A DNA stretch of 64,000 nucleotides from Camelus ferus. Taxonomy: Eukaryota. Under the pieces are notes generated by a model, which saw only the letters and a program-made list of their open reading frames with translations, was not told the DNA's origin and searched no databases. The translations under genes were made by a program, and so were the position numbers. Shown in pieces: positions 38,111 through 51,742 of this stretch. Position 1 is the first letter of the stretch. Every line of letters starts with the position of its first letter. The stretch spans positions 116,500,001-116,564,000 of the forward strand of contig NC_045696.1 of assembly GCF_009834535.1 (NCBI RefSeq), given 5' to 3'.

Positions 38111-38990
38111 GAGGTCTGGTCCCTCTAACTGCTTTCAGGTAGCAATAAGGTAAGTTACCTCTGACACGTGAAACTCAAGCCGACTTAAGAACGTGTCTGT
38201 ACAGGAAGGTCTAGTAGATCCTTCTGTCTCTTCTCTCACCACTCCCTGTCCCACTCAGGCTTTTCTAAAAATTTAACATAGGACATTTTTTTTTGTGGGG
38301 GTACTTATTTATAATTAAAGAGTTTTAATAAGTCACTGGAATTGTGCTTCATAGTTTCAGGACGAAATTCTCTTTCCCCAGTGATGACATAATGACTAGA
38401 AGGCATGAAGCCTTCCATCTCTGTAGAGTTTTAACAAAGCATGGAGTTACTCTACTCCTGTAGCCAGCTTGTGTAGCCTGGGGCAGTCTGCTGTCTGCTT
38501 TCAATGTTAGTTCAGTGTCCCCCGAGGACTTCATTCGTTCATTCTATCATTAATTTCTAATTTATTATTAGGGTGCGGGTTTATTATTCAGAAAGCATAT
38601 GCTGAGTGTAGGTGAGTAGGGAACTTTGTACAGGGGGGTTGGTTACTCTTGGGACACAAAAACTGAAGATAACAGTATTTTAGTTGATTAAAAACTAGCT
38701 AGGAAGACCATATACTCATATATAGTAATCAAAGACAATTACAAATAATTTAAAATGGTGAAAAGTTAGAAACAATGTAAATGATTAATAATGGGTGAAC
38801 AGCTGAGTAAACTGTGATACATCTACATGTTGAAATTTGACTTTATGTTGATAATACAGACATAATTATATTATTTAAGTATGGAAAAAAGTCGGGATTC
38901 AAAAAATATGTAAAATGTAAATTGCATGCTTCTTTTTCCTGCTTTATTTTTCTCTGTAGCAATGAATACCTAACATGCAATGCAGTTTGC

Positions 38991-41900
38991 TTTTTGATTG
39001 ACCGAAAGTATAGCTGCTGTACAATATTATGTTAGTTTCAGGTGTACAACATAGTGATTTCATAATCAAATATGTTACAAAATGATTATGAGTCTAGTAA
39101 CAATCTGTCACTAAACAAAATTATCACAGTATTATTGACTATATTCCTTATGCTGTTCATACATCCCTGTGACTTATTTATTTTATAACTGGAAGTTTGT
39201 ATTGTTCAATTCCCTTCACTTGTTTTGTCAAACCTCCCACCCACCTTCCTTCTGGCAACCACCGATTTGTTCTCTGTATCTGTAAGTCTATTTGTTTTTG
39301 TTTGGTTTGTTTTCAGATTCCACATATAAGTGAGATCATACAGCATTTATCTTTCTGTCTGACTTATTTCACTTAGCATACTACTCTCTAGGCTGATCCA
39401 TATTGTCACAGATGGCAAGATTTCATTTTATATGGCTGGGTAATATTCCATTGTGTATCTATATATCACATCTTTTTTATCCATTCATCTATAGATGAAC
39501 ATGTAGATTTTTCACATATCTAAGCTATTGTAAACAATGCTGCAGTGAACATAAGGGTTAATATATCTTTTCAAATTAGTATTTTTGTTATTTCCAGATA
39601 AATCCTGAAAGTGCAACTGGTGAATTGTACGGTAGTTCTATTTTTAATTTTTTGAGGAATCTCCACACTGTTCTCCATAATGGCTGCACCAATTTACATT
39701 CCCACCAACAATGTATGAGGGTTCCTTTCTCCACATTCCTGCCAACACTTGTTTTTTGTCTTTTTGATGATGACCTTTCTGACAGGTGTGAGGTGCTATC
39801 TCACTGTGGTTTTGATTTGTATTTCCCTGATGATGGATGATGTTGAGTATCTTTTCATGTATCTGTTGGCGATCTGTCTGTCTTTGGAAAATGTCTATTC
39901 AGGTCCTTTGCTCATTTTTAAATTAGACTATTTGTTTCTTTTATATAGTGCTGTATGATTTCTACGTATAATTTGGATGCTAACCCCTTATCAAATATAT
40001 CATTTGCAAATATCTTCCCCCATTAAATAGTTGCCTTTTTGTTTTGATTTTCCTTGCTGTGCAAAAGCTTTTTAATTTAATGTAATCTCATTTGTTTGTT
40101 TTTGCTTTTGTTGCTTTTGCCTGAGGAGATATTTCCCCCCAAATATTGCTAAGATCCATGTCAAAAAGTGCACTATGTTTTCTTCTAGGTGTTTTATCGT
40201 TTCAGGTCTTACATTTAAGTTTAATCCATTTTGAATTTACTTTTCTGTATCACATAAGAAAATAATCCACTTTGACTCTTTTGCATGTAGCTGTCCAGTT
40301 TTCCCAACACCATTTATTAAAGAGGATGTCTTTTCCTCATTATATATTCTTACCTCCCTCACCAAACTATCATTAATCATAGTTTATTTCTGGGCTTTCT
40401 ATTCTGTTCCATTGACCTATGTGTCTGTTTTTGTGCCACTACCATGTTACTTTGATTACTATAGCTTTGTAGTATAGTTTAAAATTAGGAAGTGTGATAT
40501 TTCCAGTTTTGTTCTTCTTTCTCAAGATTGCTTTGGCTATTTGGGGTCTTTTATAATTCCATACAAATTTTAGAATTATTTTTTCCAGTTCTGTGAAAAA
40601 TGCCATTGTTATTTCAATAGGGATTGCACTGAATTTGGGTGGTATGGACATTTTAACAACATTAATTTTTAAAATCTATGAGCATAGTATATAATTCAAT
40701 TTGTGTTGTCTTCAATTAATGTAATCAATGTAATACTTCTCAGAGTACAGGTCTTTCATCTCCTTGGTTAAATTTATTCCTACGTATTTTATTCTTTTTC
40801 ATTTAATTGTAAATGGAATTATTTCTTAGTTTCTCTTTCTTATAGTTTATTAATGTATAGAAATGCAACATAATTCTGTATATTAATTTTGTATCCTGCA
40901 GCTTTACTGAATTCATTTATTTGTTCTAGTAATTTTAGTGGCATTACTAGGATTTTCTATATATAGTATCTTGTCATCTGCAAATAGTTTACGTCTTCCT
41001 TTCCATTTTTGATTCCTTTTCTTTTTCTTGTCTGATGCTGTGACTACGACCTCCAAAATTATGTTGAATGAAAGTTATGAGAGTGGGCATCCTTGTCTTG
41101 TTCCTGATCTTAAGAGGAAATGCTTTCAGCTTTTCACCGCTGAATATGATGCTGCTGTGGGTTTGTCATATATGGTCTTTATTATGTTGAGGTACATTCC
41201 TCCTATACCCATTTTGTTGAGACTTTTTATCATAAATGGGTGTTAAATATTGTCAAAAGCTTTTTCTGCATCTATTGAGAAGATACAATTTTATCTTTTA
41301 TTTTGTTAATATGGTACATAATACTGATTGATTTGCAGATATTGAACCACTCTTGCAGCTCTGGGATAAACCCCACTTGATTTGGTGTATGACCCTTTTA
41401 ATATCTTGTCAAATTTGGTTTGCTAACTTTTTCTGAGGATTTTTCATCTATGTCCAAGAGAGAGATTGGCGTATATTTTTATATTTTAAATATTTATATT
41501 TTAAGTATTTTATATTTTAAATATATTGGTTTTGGTTTCAAGGTAATACTGGTCTCATAGAATGAGTTTGGGAGCACTCTTCCAACTTTTTGGAATAGCT
41601 TGAGAAGGACAGGTATTAACTCTTCTTCAGTGTTTGGTAGAATTCCCCCGTGAAGCTGTTTCATTCTAGACTTTTGAATGTTCATAGTTTTTTAAATTAG
41701 AATTCAATTTCATTACTAGTAATTGGTCTGGTCAGATTTTCTGTTTCTTCTTGATAGTCTTGGGAGATTGTATATTTCTAGAAATTTATCCATTTCTTCT
41801 AGGTGGTCCAATTTGTTGATGTATGATTTTTCATAGTAATGTCTTATGATATTTTGTATTTCTATGGTGTTGGTGGTAACTTCTCCTCTTTCATTTCTGA

Positions 41901-42852
41901 TTTATTTGGACCCTTTCTTTTTTTTCTTGATGAATCTGACTAAAGGTTTAGTTTTGTTTATCTTTTCAAAGAACCAGTTCTTAGTTTCACTGATCTTTTC
42001 TATGTTAGTTTTTAGTCTCAATTTCAGTTGTTTTGCTCAGGTCTTTGGTATTCCTTTCTCCTACTAACTTTGGCCTTTCTTTTTATTTTTCAAGTTCCTT
42101 TAAATGTATGGTTAGACTGTTTGAGATTTTTCTTGTTTCCTGAGGTAGACCTGTATTGCTATAAACTTACCTCTTAGAACTATCTTTTTTGCATCCCTTA
42201 GATTTTGGAACATTGCGTTTTCAATTTCATTTGTCTCAAGGTATTTTTTGACTTCCTCTTTGATTTCTTCAGTGACCCACTGCTTGTTTAGCAGCATGTT
42301 TTAGACATCATGTGTTTGTGTTTTTTTTCCAGTTTTTTCCTGCTGGTTGATTTCTAGTCTCATATTGTTTTGATCTGAAAAGACGCTTAATATGATTTTA
42401 ATCCTCTTAAATTTACTGAGACTTGTTTTGTCACTTAACATGTGATCTATCCTGGAAAATGTTCCATGTGCAGCTGAATAGAATATGCATTCTGCTGCTT
42501 TTGCTTAAAGTATCCTAAATATATCTGTTAAGTCTGTCTGATTTAATGTGTCATTCAATGCCCATGTTTCCTTATTGATTTTCTATCTGGATGATTTATC
42601 CAGTGATATAAACAGAATTTTAAAGTTCTCTACTACTATTATGTTACTGTTAATTTCTCCCTTTGTATCTGTTAATATTTTCTTTATGTATTTATGTGCT
42701 TCTATATTGGGTGAATATATATTTACAAAAGTTGGCCTTCTTGTTAGATTGATCCATTATCATTACATAATGCCCTTTTTATCTTATTATAGTATTTGTT
42801 TTAAGGTCTATTTTGTCTTGGATAGGTACTGCTATCCCAGCTTTTTCATTCC
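38991..42852 (-). mobile_element. ~3.9 kb 5'-truncated L1 (3' UTR, most of ORF2 into the endonuclease domain), inserted in an L2
   Basis: Minus ORFs 40439-40651 ([26 protein letters not shown]) and 42112-42297 (LLNKQWVTEEIKEEVKKYLETNE) are ORF2p, with many stops. L2-like sequence at 38925-38990 resumes at 42853-43000. Confidence 0.96.
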
Positions 42853-43159
42853 TGCTTATTTATTATATTTGTTTCTTTCACAAGAATATAAGCACCATTG
42901 AGGCAGGGATAACTGTCAGTTTTGAGCACTATAATTTTATTGTACCTGGAATGGTACCTTATGCATAGTAGGTACTAAGTAAATATTGAATGAATAAATG
43001 TATGATTAGAATATGGAAGAGGATAACAGAATTATAAAAAAAAAAAACTATCTGTGATGATTGTGCTTGGTTGTGAGTTAATGGGGGATATTAACTTTCA
43101 AATATCTGGTTTCTTGTAATGTTTTGTATAAATATGCATTACTTTTGTGTGTGATGAGA

Positions 43160-43196
<37 letters not shown>
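43160..43196. repeat. Compound microsatellite (TC)10(TA)8
   Basis: Directly visible. Confidence 0.95.
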
Positions 43197-44504
43197 CAAA
43201 GATGGGATGGAAATAGCAAAAATTAGCTTTCTTTGAATGACAGACTTCTTAGAAAGTTTAAAAAATTGTTTGTTTTCCATATAAAATACAATAAAAATTC
43301 ATTAGTTTAAAATTCTTTTAGAAAGGAAAGGAAAAGGAAAAGGAAATCTTTCACTTTTGGTGGTGGTGGTTTGAGTCAGAATCTAGATGGAGAACACAAA
43401 AAGAATAAATGCTCCACTTCATGTTACTTACACTCAATAATGTGCCTTCATCACAAAAAAAATCAGAAAGTTATAAAATTATGGGGCTTAAACTACATTT
43501 TGTTTGTTAGAGATAACATGTACATTGGAGCTGTTATGCTCAGGGGCTTAAATAATTTAGACAGAAGGGAAAACAGCAGACATTAGATTTCTTTGGTATT
43601 CAAGAATTGTGCTTTATTCTTACTATGACACTGGTACATAAAGCCTTTGAAGTACCAAATGCCTTAAAAGGCTTTGAAATAAATCTTTGGGAATTCAAGT
43701 GTCAACCTTGAATGCCCTCCCTAGTAAACAGTGTTAAGAAAGAGTTCCCCTGATAATAAAACAGGGAACCACAGGAGAAGAAGTGTCACAACATGAAGCA
43801 AGAACCCTTTAAATCAAGTTGCTAAAGGTCCATTTTGAGATGTGGAATGAATAAATCTTCTGGTTAAAATTTCATGAAGAATGTGTCCTCCATCAGGATC
43901 ATCTCAAATCTGATGGAATTTATCTATGTGTTTTGCATATAAACTTAGGTTGAAAGAATAAGGTCTGACCATTGACTGGTAGTCATTAACTTAGTGGTTT
44001 TTCTAACAAGCGCATTCACTGCAAAGTTGGGAAACTTTAAGCTGTTTTGGTTAGATAACTGGCAAACAGCATTGTATTTCTTGCCTCTTCCATAATAATC
44101 TTTTTACATGTCTTTGATATACCATAAATATTTTTATTAGGTTGCTGTAGTAATCCATGAGCTAAGAAGAACCTTAGGAGGCATATGGAAGTCACCTTCT
44201 AGGTAACATAGTTTGTTACCATCCATGTGAAGAATAAAACACAGAACGCATGTGCTGTGGGTACTGGCATATGATTTGGTATGGATGTGCAAGGAAGGAG
44301 ATTTGATTCAGAGATAACCAGTATGAAATAAAATGCATGAACCCTTTTATTTCTAAGGATAACTTCAAAGATTTGAATATGAAAAATCCTAATATTTTGC
44401 AAAAATCAACATCCATGTATTTTTCCATTAAAAATTAAATTTAAAATACCTCCTTTCTTAAGACATTTACTCTGATAGGGAGAAAGAATTTCTTAATCTC
44501 TCAA

Positions 44505-44640
44505 CCACAGTGTTCCTTCATGTTTAGTGTGCACCACCTGGGAATCTTGCTAATGCAGATTCTGACTCAGGACGTCTGGGTGGGGCGGACTCTGCAGTTC
44601 CAACAAGCTCCCAGGTGACACCACAGCAGGTCTACTGTAC
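44505..44640. mobile_element. MER5A MITE
   Basis: cacctgggaatcttgctaatgcagattctgactcagg...caacaagctcccaggtga. Confidence 0.75.
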
Positions 44641-44919
44641 TTGTTTTCCCTGGGTCCACCAGCGCTCCTGCTCCCTCCCAAATGACTCAAGCCTGTAGGA
44701 ATATAAACTATTTAAGGAAAGAATGCTTAAAAAATTTCTCTCCAAGCCTAGGTTTGTCTTGTATAGCTCTTGTCATTCAGCAATGTTCAATTAACACCAA
44801 CTGACTGCGGTGCCAGGAATAGCTTAAACATACTCAGTTTTCCTTAGTGCAACTTGGGATTCCTTGCAGAGAATTTGGCAATATTAGACTCATTTTTAAA
44901 TAACATTCTAGTCTCTAAA

Positions 44920-45178
44920 AGTGGTAGTGTGGGAAAAGCATGGGACTAAGAGACATACACCATTTAGGTATAAACCCTGGCTCAGCCATCTACTTCTTGT
45001 GATACCTTAAGTACATAATTTTAGCTCTATGAGCCTCAGTTTCTTTATCAGTAAAATGGTAGAGTTAACGACTACCTTGCAGCATGATTGTGAAAAATTA
45101 AAGAAGAGAATACATGTAAGGCATCTATCCAGTCCAGGGTTTAGAATATGGCAGGCACAGAGTAAATGCTAGTTTCTT
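44920..45178 (+). mobile_element. MIR SINE, near full length
   Basis: gtagtgtgggaaaagcatggg...ccctggctcagccatctact...gagcctcagtttctttatcagtaaaatgg...ggcacagagtaaatgct. Confidence 0.85.
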
Positions 45179-45243
45179 CTTTCACCTCTTCTTCTACTAT
45201 TCTTTGGGATCTGAATCAGGAGGAAAAATGCCCTGAAACTCAC

Positions 45244-45337
45244 TGCATATAAATCTGTGACTTGGAAGTTGCTGTAATCAGTCTAATTTTATCAATCACT
45301 TTATCAGAAATTTCTGCTATGATGCTTTCCTGATGTT
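45244..45337 (-). other. Exon-like segment (unverified) inside the 149-codon ORF 45240-45689
   Basis: Minus strand ttttgttttcaaaactttcAG|AACATCAGG...TATATGCA|GTGAGT; 94 nt; only one frame is open (xHQESIIAEISDKVIDKIRLITATSKSQIYM). Confidence 0.2.
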
Positions 45338-47759
45338 CTGAAAGTTTTGAAAACAAAAATTTTACCCATACAGATACCAAATTTTCTATTAAAAACTGAC
45401 GTGGAATATTTTTATTGATGGTATAATTTTGTAACGTTTTTAAAGGTGGTGCCCTGTGCCAGTTAATTTTGCAAGTTGCAGGCAAAAAATGAAGAGGCTT
45501 TGTCACCACAGTTTGATAGAGAGATTTGTAAAAATCCTGGGCTACCTTCCCTAACCCCAAAACAGAAACTCTTCTGCATCTGTAGCTTTTGATGGTATTT
45601 GCCCAAATCCACCAATAAGTATGCACCTTAGTTTTCAACTCAGCAAATTTCTCAAGTAGTAGACTCTGAATCTCCAAACCAAAGTACATGAATCAGAATT
45701 AATTTACCAGCTTATAATTATTTCTACCTCTTAATAAAACTGCTCCAATTAATTTCTCCTGGACACAAAATCAGAAATGTTATTAGATGAAAAATATCTG
45801 TTAAGTAAGTTGCTTCGTATCTTATCTCCAGTAGCAATCATAGCAGAGAGTTCTCGTTTAAAGTGCTTTCTTAATATGTTTTAGAGACAGACAGCTGTAA
45901 GCACTGTATGCCGAGTAGCAATGTATGTACATATATGTATATATAATATATATGCACACACATATATTCTAAAGCTCTTAATCTAAAATTTTTCTGCTTT
46001 TGAAAAGGAAAAAATTACATATTTAAATAAAGGCAATGATACCTAATAAAACATTTCTTTGGTGCCTAACACTTGTCTCTTGAAATTATTTATTCTTTAT
46101 AATCGTAAATGTTTCTTTTTCCTTATTACAAAATCAGAAAAAATAACCACCTGTAATACCAGAACTAAGAGATGGTCAATAATATTTTGGTCTATTATCT
46201 TTTTGGCCTTATCTTTCTGTATATGCATGCATATATATTTATACTTACATATGATATTTATATATAACATAAACATGTGATAGATTATATTTATTATGTA
46301 TTATGTTATTATATATTATATATATATTATATGGGTGTGTTTAAGTATGTATGTATTTTGAAAATCTCTGCTTTTATCCATTGGAAATATACCTACAAAA
46401 TATTACTAGCCGATAATTTAAGAGATTTATTATCACGTTTTGAATTGATTTTCTCCAATATATGCCTACTCAATTCCTCTATAACATGCATTTGCTAATA
46501 TTATGCATTTTAATTTTAAATAATCATAAAAACATCTTATCAGATGCCCCAAAATTTATAGCCCAGTTGTCTTTTTACTGCTACCCTCACAGAGAAGGCA
46601 AGAGCGTTTGGTTAGAGATGGGAAGGGTACATAGTATCACTCTTCTCTCCTAAATGGATAAAAGCAGCTTTACATTTTTCTGAGTTTCACACCCTTTCCT
46701 TTACTTCTGACAAATTCCAACCAAAAAACAATGTCTTTTAGGAAGAGTGTCTGCAATTCTTCTCTCATTAATAACACTGCCAGGTCCTTATATTCTCCTC
46801 TCAGAAGGGGAGGAGTAGCAAAAAATTAGAGCCATGTTTTAATACTGTCACAGTTTTCATATATAAAAGTGTGTTTTTGCTTTTTTCTTTTTTAGTCACG
46901 AAAAGGGATACTCTGGTTAAATATGCTGTTCAGCAGACAATTCTCATATATAATATCCATGATATTATAATATTATTTGATAAATCACATAGAACCTCTT
47001 TGACTTCTAGATGTTCAGAACATTTAAAGTAAAACATTAAAGCTATGTCAAACAGCATATTTAATTTAGCTCTGAAGCTGTATAATGCAGTTTAAGATAC
47101 TTTAGGATCAAAGTTAAGAACACTTATTTTACCGAAGGTGTGCTTGAGTACCATTTATAGAACTCTGGGCAATTAAACCTGCTGTTTTTTCATTAACGTG
47201 GTCAGGATGATGCCAATCACAGCTCCCAACTTCTGTGCATGTCTGCATTGCATATTGCCACAGGCTTTTACTACATCCTAGTAGATGGTAATTTCACATT
47301 TGGAGTGGGTGGTTTCATGAACGAGGACCAAGAGTCTAAAATGTGCTTTAAGGTATTTTCCATTATATTCGTCTAAGATAGGATTTTAGTTGAAAAAAGC
47401 AAGACTCAGAACTGTGTATATAGTGCACTGTTATTTGTGTAGAAAGGAAACAAAAAATGCAAGGACACTGCTTACATATGCATAGAATACCTCAGAAAGA
47501 AGAGTGGGATTTAGCCACACATATGGGAGGGAGGGTTCCCTGCAAGCTCTTTGGTACCCTTTGTCTTCTGAGTCATATTAATGTAGTTTCTATTCAGAAA
47601 TTAAATTAAAAATAAAAGAACTGTATGTGTGTGTTGCCTTTGCTTTCTCACCTGCCACTCATTCCTCTGTACACACCGAAGCTGACTTCCTAGCATGCCA
47701 TTAAATATGTACTTAAACATTTTTAAATTGCTTTTGTTCCTGTTACCGATGACTTCCGT

Positions 47760-48760
47760 ATTGCCACTTGCAATGATCACTTTCCACATCTCACCTTACC
47801 AAACTGGAGTGATTAGGTCCAGTTTACCATTTTTTCCCTCTTGAAAATTCTCTACTCTTGGTTTCCAGGGTAACACCCTCTCTTGGTTTCCTCTGACCTC
47901 TCTGTTCCTTCTCACTCTCTGTTGTAAATGTTAAATCCCTTGGTGTTGGTCCCATGTCCCCTACCCTCTTCTGTCCATATTCCCTCCCTAGGTGAACCCA
48001 TCTGTTTCCATTGTTTAAATATCATCTGTACACGGATAGTCTTGCTTTCACAACACAAACCTGGTTTTCTCCCAGAATCTCCCATCGCACTGAATTTCCC
48101 CATATCTTTGTTACTTGAGCCAGAACCTGAAGAGTCATTATTGCTTCTCTCAGCTACCCCTGCCTCCCACCACATCTTATCCATTAATAAGTTCTGTTGT
48201 TTCTTTTCCAAAATATATCTCAAATCCATCCACTTCCTCCATCTGCATCGGCACCATTATAGTCCAGCCAACTCTTCCCTGAGCTGCTGCAGGGCTCTCC
48301 CCACACTTCTTCTCACTTTTGCCCTTATTATCCCACCCTCCTAACATCTGTTTCCCATTCGGCAGCCTGAGTCCCTTTTCTTCCAAAGACTTGGAGCAGG
48401 TAACACCCTACCTCTCTGCCGTGACTCCCGCTGCACTTGGCAGCACTCTTAGCACAGCCTACGATGTGTTGTAGGAACCAGGCCTTCCAGCCTTGCTAAG
48501 CCTGTTCTGTATACTCTTGTCCCAGTTGGTCACCCTGGTGTTCTGTGAGTTCCTGGGACGTGGCAATCTTTTCTCATCTCAGGACCTCTGTGCAGGCTGC
48601 TCCTTTCTCTTGGGAAGCTCTTTCTATGCCTTTCTCATGTCCAATTCCTTATCCAACACATCTTAACTCAAATCTCCCTTCCTCAGAGAGGCCTTTTCTG
48701 GCCATCCCATTTGGAAATGCCTTCCTTAGGTGTCCGTCATCACAGCATTTGTGATATTCC
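47760..48760 (+). mobile_element. L2 (~1 kb, ORF 3' region)
   Basis: cttggtttccagggtaacaccctctcttggtttcc...ccctaggtgaacccatc...aaatccatccacttcctcc...ctcaggacctctgtgcaggctgctcc...cctcagagaggcctt. Confidence 0.85.
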
Positions 48761-49149
48761 ATTGCTTTTGAGTTCTTTTGAGATTCTGTGATGTTTTCCT
48801 GCAGGTTAAAGGTGATAACTATTTGGCTGTAGAAATGGTGAGAGGACAGAAAATAATGTATGCCTTGTTACCAGCAAGGGATAGGAGAGTGTACATCATT
48901 TTCAAATTATATGTGCAATAAAAGAGACAAGAACAAATTCAGGAAAGGACTAATGATTATTCTCTTGGCTCAAGGGAATTGACAGATGGGGGAATAATAT
49001 CCTTTGAGAGAAACAGGCATCCATTTACCATCTTGTAATCCCCAAAGATATCTAATTACCTCTACAAGCAGCATTCATTAAAGCTTAAATATAGCTTACT
49101 GCATTGGATTTTGAGCATGGTTAGGACTGTTAGAGGTCTGTAGACTGTA

Positions 49150-49290
49150 TCCAGTTTATCTTTCCTTTTGTAAAAGTAAATCAAGAGTTGGAGAAGTTAA
49201 ATGACCTGCCCAGGGTCATCCCACCACTGGGTGGACTTGCTGGGGTTTAAATTTCCAGATAGTCTGCCTTCTGCTCCAGGGGGGTTACCA
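49150..49290 (-). mobile_element. MIR fragment
   Basis: ggagaagttaaatgacctgcccagggtcatcc. Confidence 0.6.
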
Positions 49291-50389
49291 CCACATTTTA
49301 TTAATGCCTGAGCTTTGAATTCCCACAGGCAAAGGAGCCTGAGAACTACATGGACCTAATGAAGCCTTGAAAAAAATTTTCCCCAGCTACTGCTGAAGTT
49401 ACAGGAGCATATCAGATTTCTTTTTTTGTTTTTTTTCATGCTGGCTTTCTTTCCTTTTTAAATAAAGCAACCTTTAAAATATATATGACAGTCATTTAAA
49501 AATAGAAAATAGAGATCAGTAAAAATGATAAAGATAAGAATCATCCACAAACTTCTCCCCATCCCTCGGATAATAGCATTTTGAGGTCATATTTCATCTT
49601 TAAAGGATGGTTCAAAACAAGACAATTGTCTTCTTTAATCTTGAGTCTACCACCCTGTCACCAAGAAATGTCAAAGAGAACAGTGGGCTTAAGTTTCTAT
49701 TAAATTTAATCACCACAAGCTTTTCTGGAAGCTATGGCAGGGTAGGACAACAAAGTAGGTACATATTTTGGGCTTAAATACTTTTCCAATTGTTTCAAGA
49801 CACCTTCAGTGAGACCTCAAATGTCTTCATTGGGATGTAAGAGTAGACGAATATATGTATTTATTTAAAACTCTAGGTCTCTGAATATATGAAGCCTATT
49901 CTCTGTTATTCACCTCATTTGATTTTAGTCCTGTGAAAAGGATGTGTGGGTGGGCTGCTGTTTTTTTTTTCTTTTGTTGTTGTTGCTGTTGTTATTTTTT
50001 TCCCGTTAAGCACAGGAGTTTTGCCTAGGATGTGGCTTAGAAACTTGGAGGGGAGGAGCCCAGCTGAGGAGTGATGCTGAAGTGTGTGTGGGTGCTGTCC
50101 CGGGTGGTTCCCGATGAATTAGACTTCCAAAGAAGAAAAGGATGACAGAAACTAGTTTCCATTCTATTTCAGCAAGCTTAAGACACAAACATATTGTTAT
50201 TTAGTCCCTGGGGAGTCAATTAAAATTGTTTTATTTTCCCCATACACCTAGGAGCCAATAATGAGATGATAATGACTTTGAGTGTTTTAGTGAGGATAAG
50301 TCCCTGAAAGTACAGGGATTTTCCTCCTTAGGTCATTACATCAAAATCTTCAAACTCTGAATTCAAATACATGCTCTTCTCTCCTTGTG

Positions 50390-50545
50390 GTCAAACAGAA
50401 AGACTTTGAGTGTACGCTTTGTAATCAGACAGATCCGATTATGATCTGTCTATCTGCAAGTTATTTACATGCCTGGGCCCCGATTTTCCCTCACAGGGTA
50501 GTTATGAAAATTAAATGAAACAATTAGGCAGGTGGTTTTGCGCAG
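50390..50545 (+). mobile_element. MIR fragment
   Basis: gctttgtaatcagacagatc...gcaagttattt...cctcacagggtagttatgaaaattaaatga. Confidence 0.55.
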
Positions 50546-51742
50546 GGTCTTGGCTTTAACGATTATCTCCTGGCAGGTGAGGAGGAGGCCGTGAAGGAGG
50601 ACGGGGAGGAAGGGAAGAGGCTTTGAGGACTATTTACGAATTCGCACTGGAGAGTTGCTGTGCTGTTCGGAGATGATTCACTCGGGCTTTAGCCACAAAA
50701 ATTCCTTTGTTACACCAAATGATGATTTTTCCATTGTGACTTTTTAAAGTTTCTGTCATTAAAAATTTTAATTTCAAGGTGTTGTGATTAAATATGTTGT
50801 TGGTGATGGTAGCAAATGTGAACAGCAGCTCTGGAATTTTAAAAACTGTAAATGTCTCTTTAAAACCTGGTAGACTTTAAGCATCAGCCAGCATCATCCT
50901 ATGTCATCAAACACTTGTACTTTTCAATGACCTTGGAGCGTTTGGTTTTCCCCCCATCTCCTACACCCCCTGATGTGTGTCTTTGCTTAATCAGGAATGA
51001 AGCTGAACTTTTCTGCCACCTACTGCTTCTCAATGGATATTGATGGCTTTCTTTGAATTGTGCCCAAAATAACATCTGATCTGAAAGCAACACTAAGAAA
51101 TTCAACCATCTACGAAAAGAAGAGTGAAAAATAAAAGGCAAGCCGAGCCCCTGGAAAGTTCAGATTCAGCTCGGGAGAATACAAAAAGCGGATTTGGGTG
51201 AGTCTATTTCTGGAAATCTGACTGCTCCAGCACAATGTGCTGAACAGCGTGGGGGTTTCTTCTGTGGCTAATGGACGCTTGGAGAGACTTGCTCCACTGT
51301 TTCAGCCTTTTAACTTGCCAAAGGGCAAAGCCAGTCTCAGCTGCGTGTCCTACACTGGGGCTAGCTCGTCACTTGAGAGTTCCCCCTAGTATAATACACT
51401 AGAGCACCTACTCTGATTTCCTAGATCTGCTGGGTCTTGGCAATACTTAGAATCCAAAGCAATAAATCTAAACTGATTCTGGAATTTCTTTCTTGCTGTT
51501 TGGTTTATTACTCCCCCTCACCAACTACTCTAATGAATACACTTTCCCCTCAGGGACACTTTCCTGCATGAGGGCATCCATATGCATGTTTTGCACAAAC
51601 TAATGAGACTTTCTCTCAGGTCCACGGTGAGAGAAATAGGACAGGTCATTACAAAACAGCTGAATGGAAAAGGTAATGTGCATGGAGCTGCTGCTCCTGC
51701 TTCTGGAATTACAACTTCCTCCCTCCCAACCCATGCCTTCTT

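Noticed and set aside
41477..41527. Three tandem copies of a ~16-nt AT-rich unit (ttatattttaaatat)
   Set aside because: Local slippage inside an L1; no spacers, so not CRISPR-like.
50427..50451. 9-bp hairpin AGACAGATC-N7-GATCTGTCT
   Set aside because: Stem length is at chance level for this window, and it lies within a MIR remnant.
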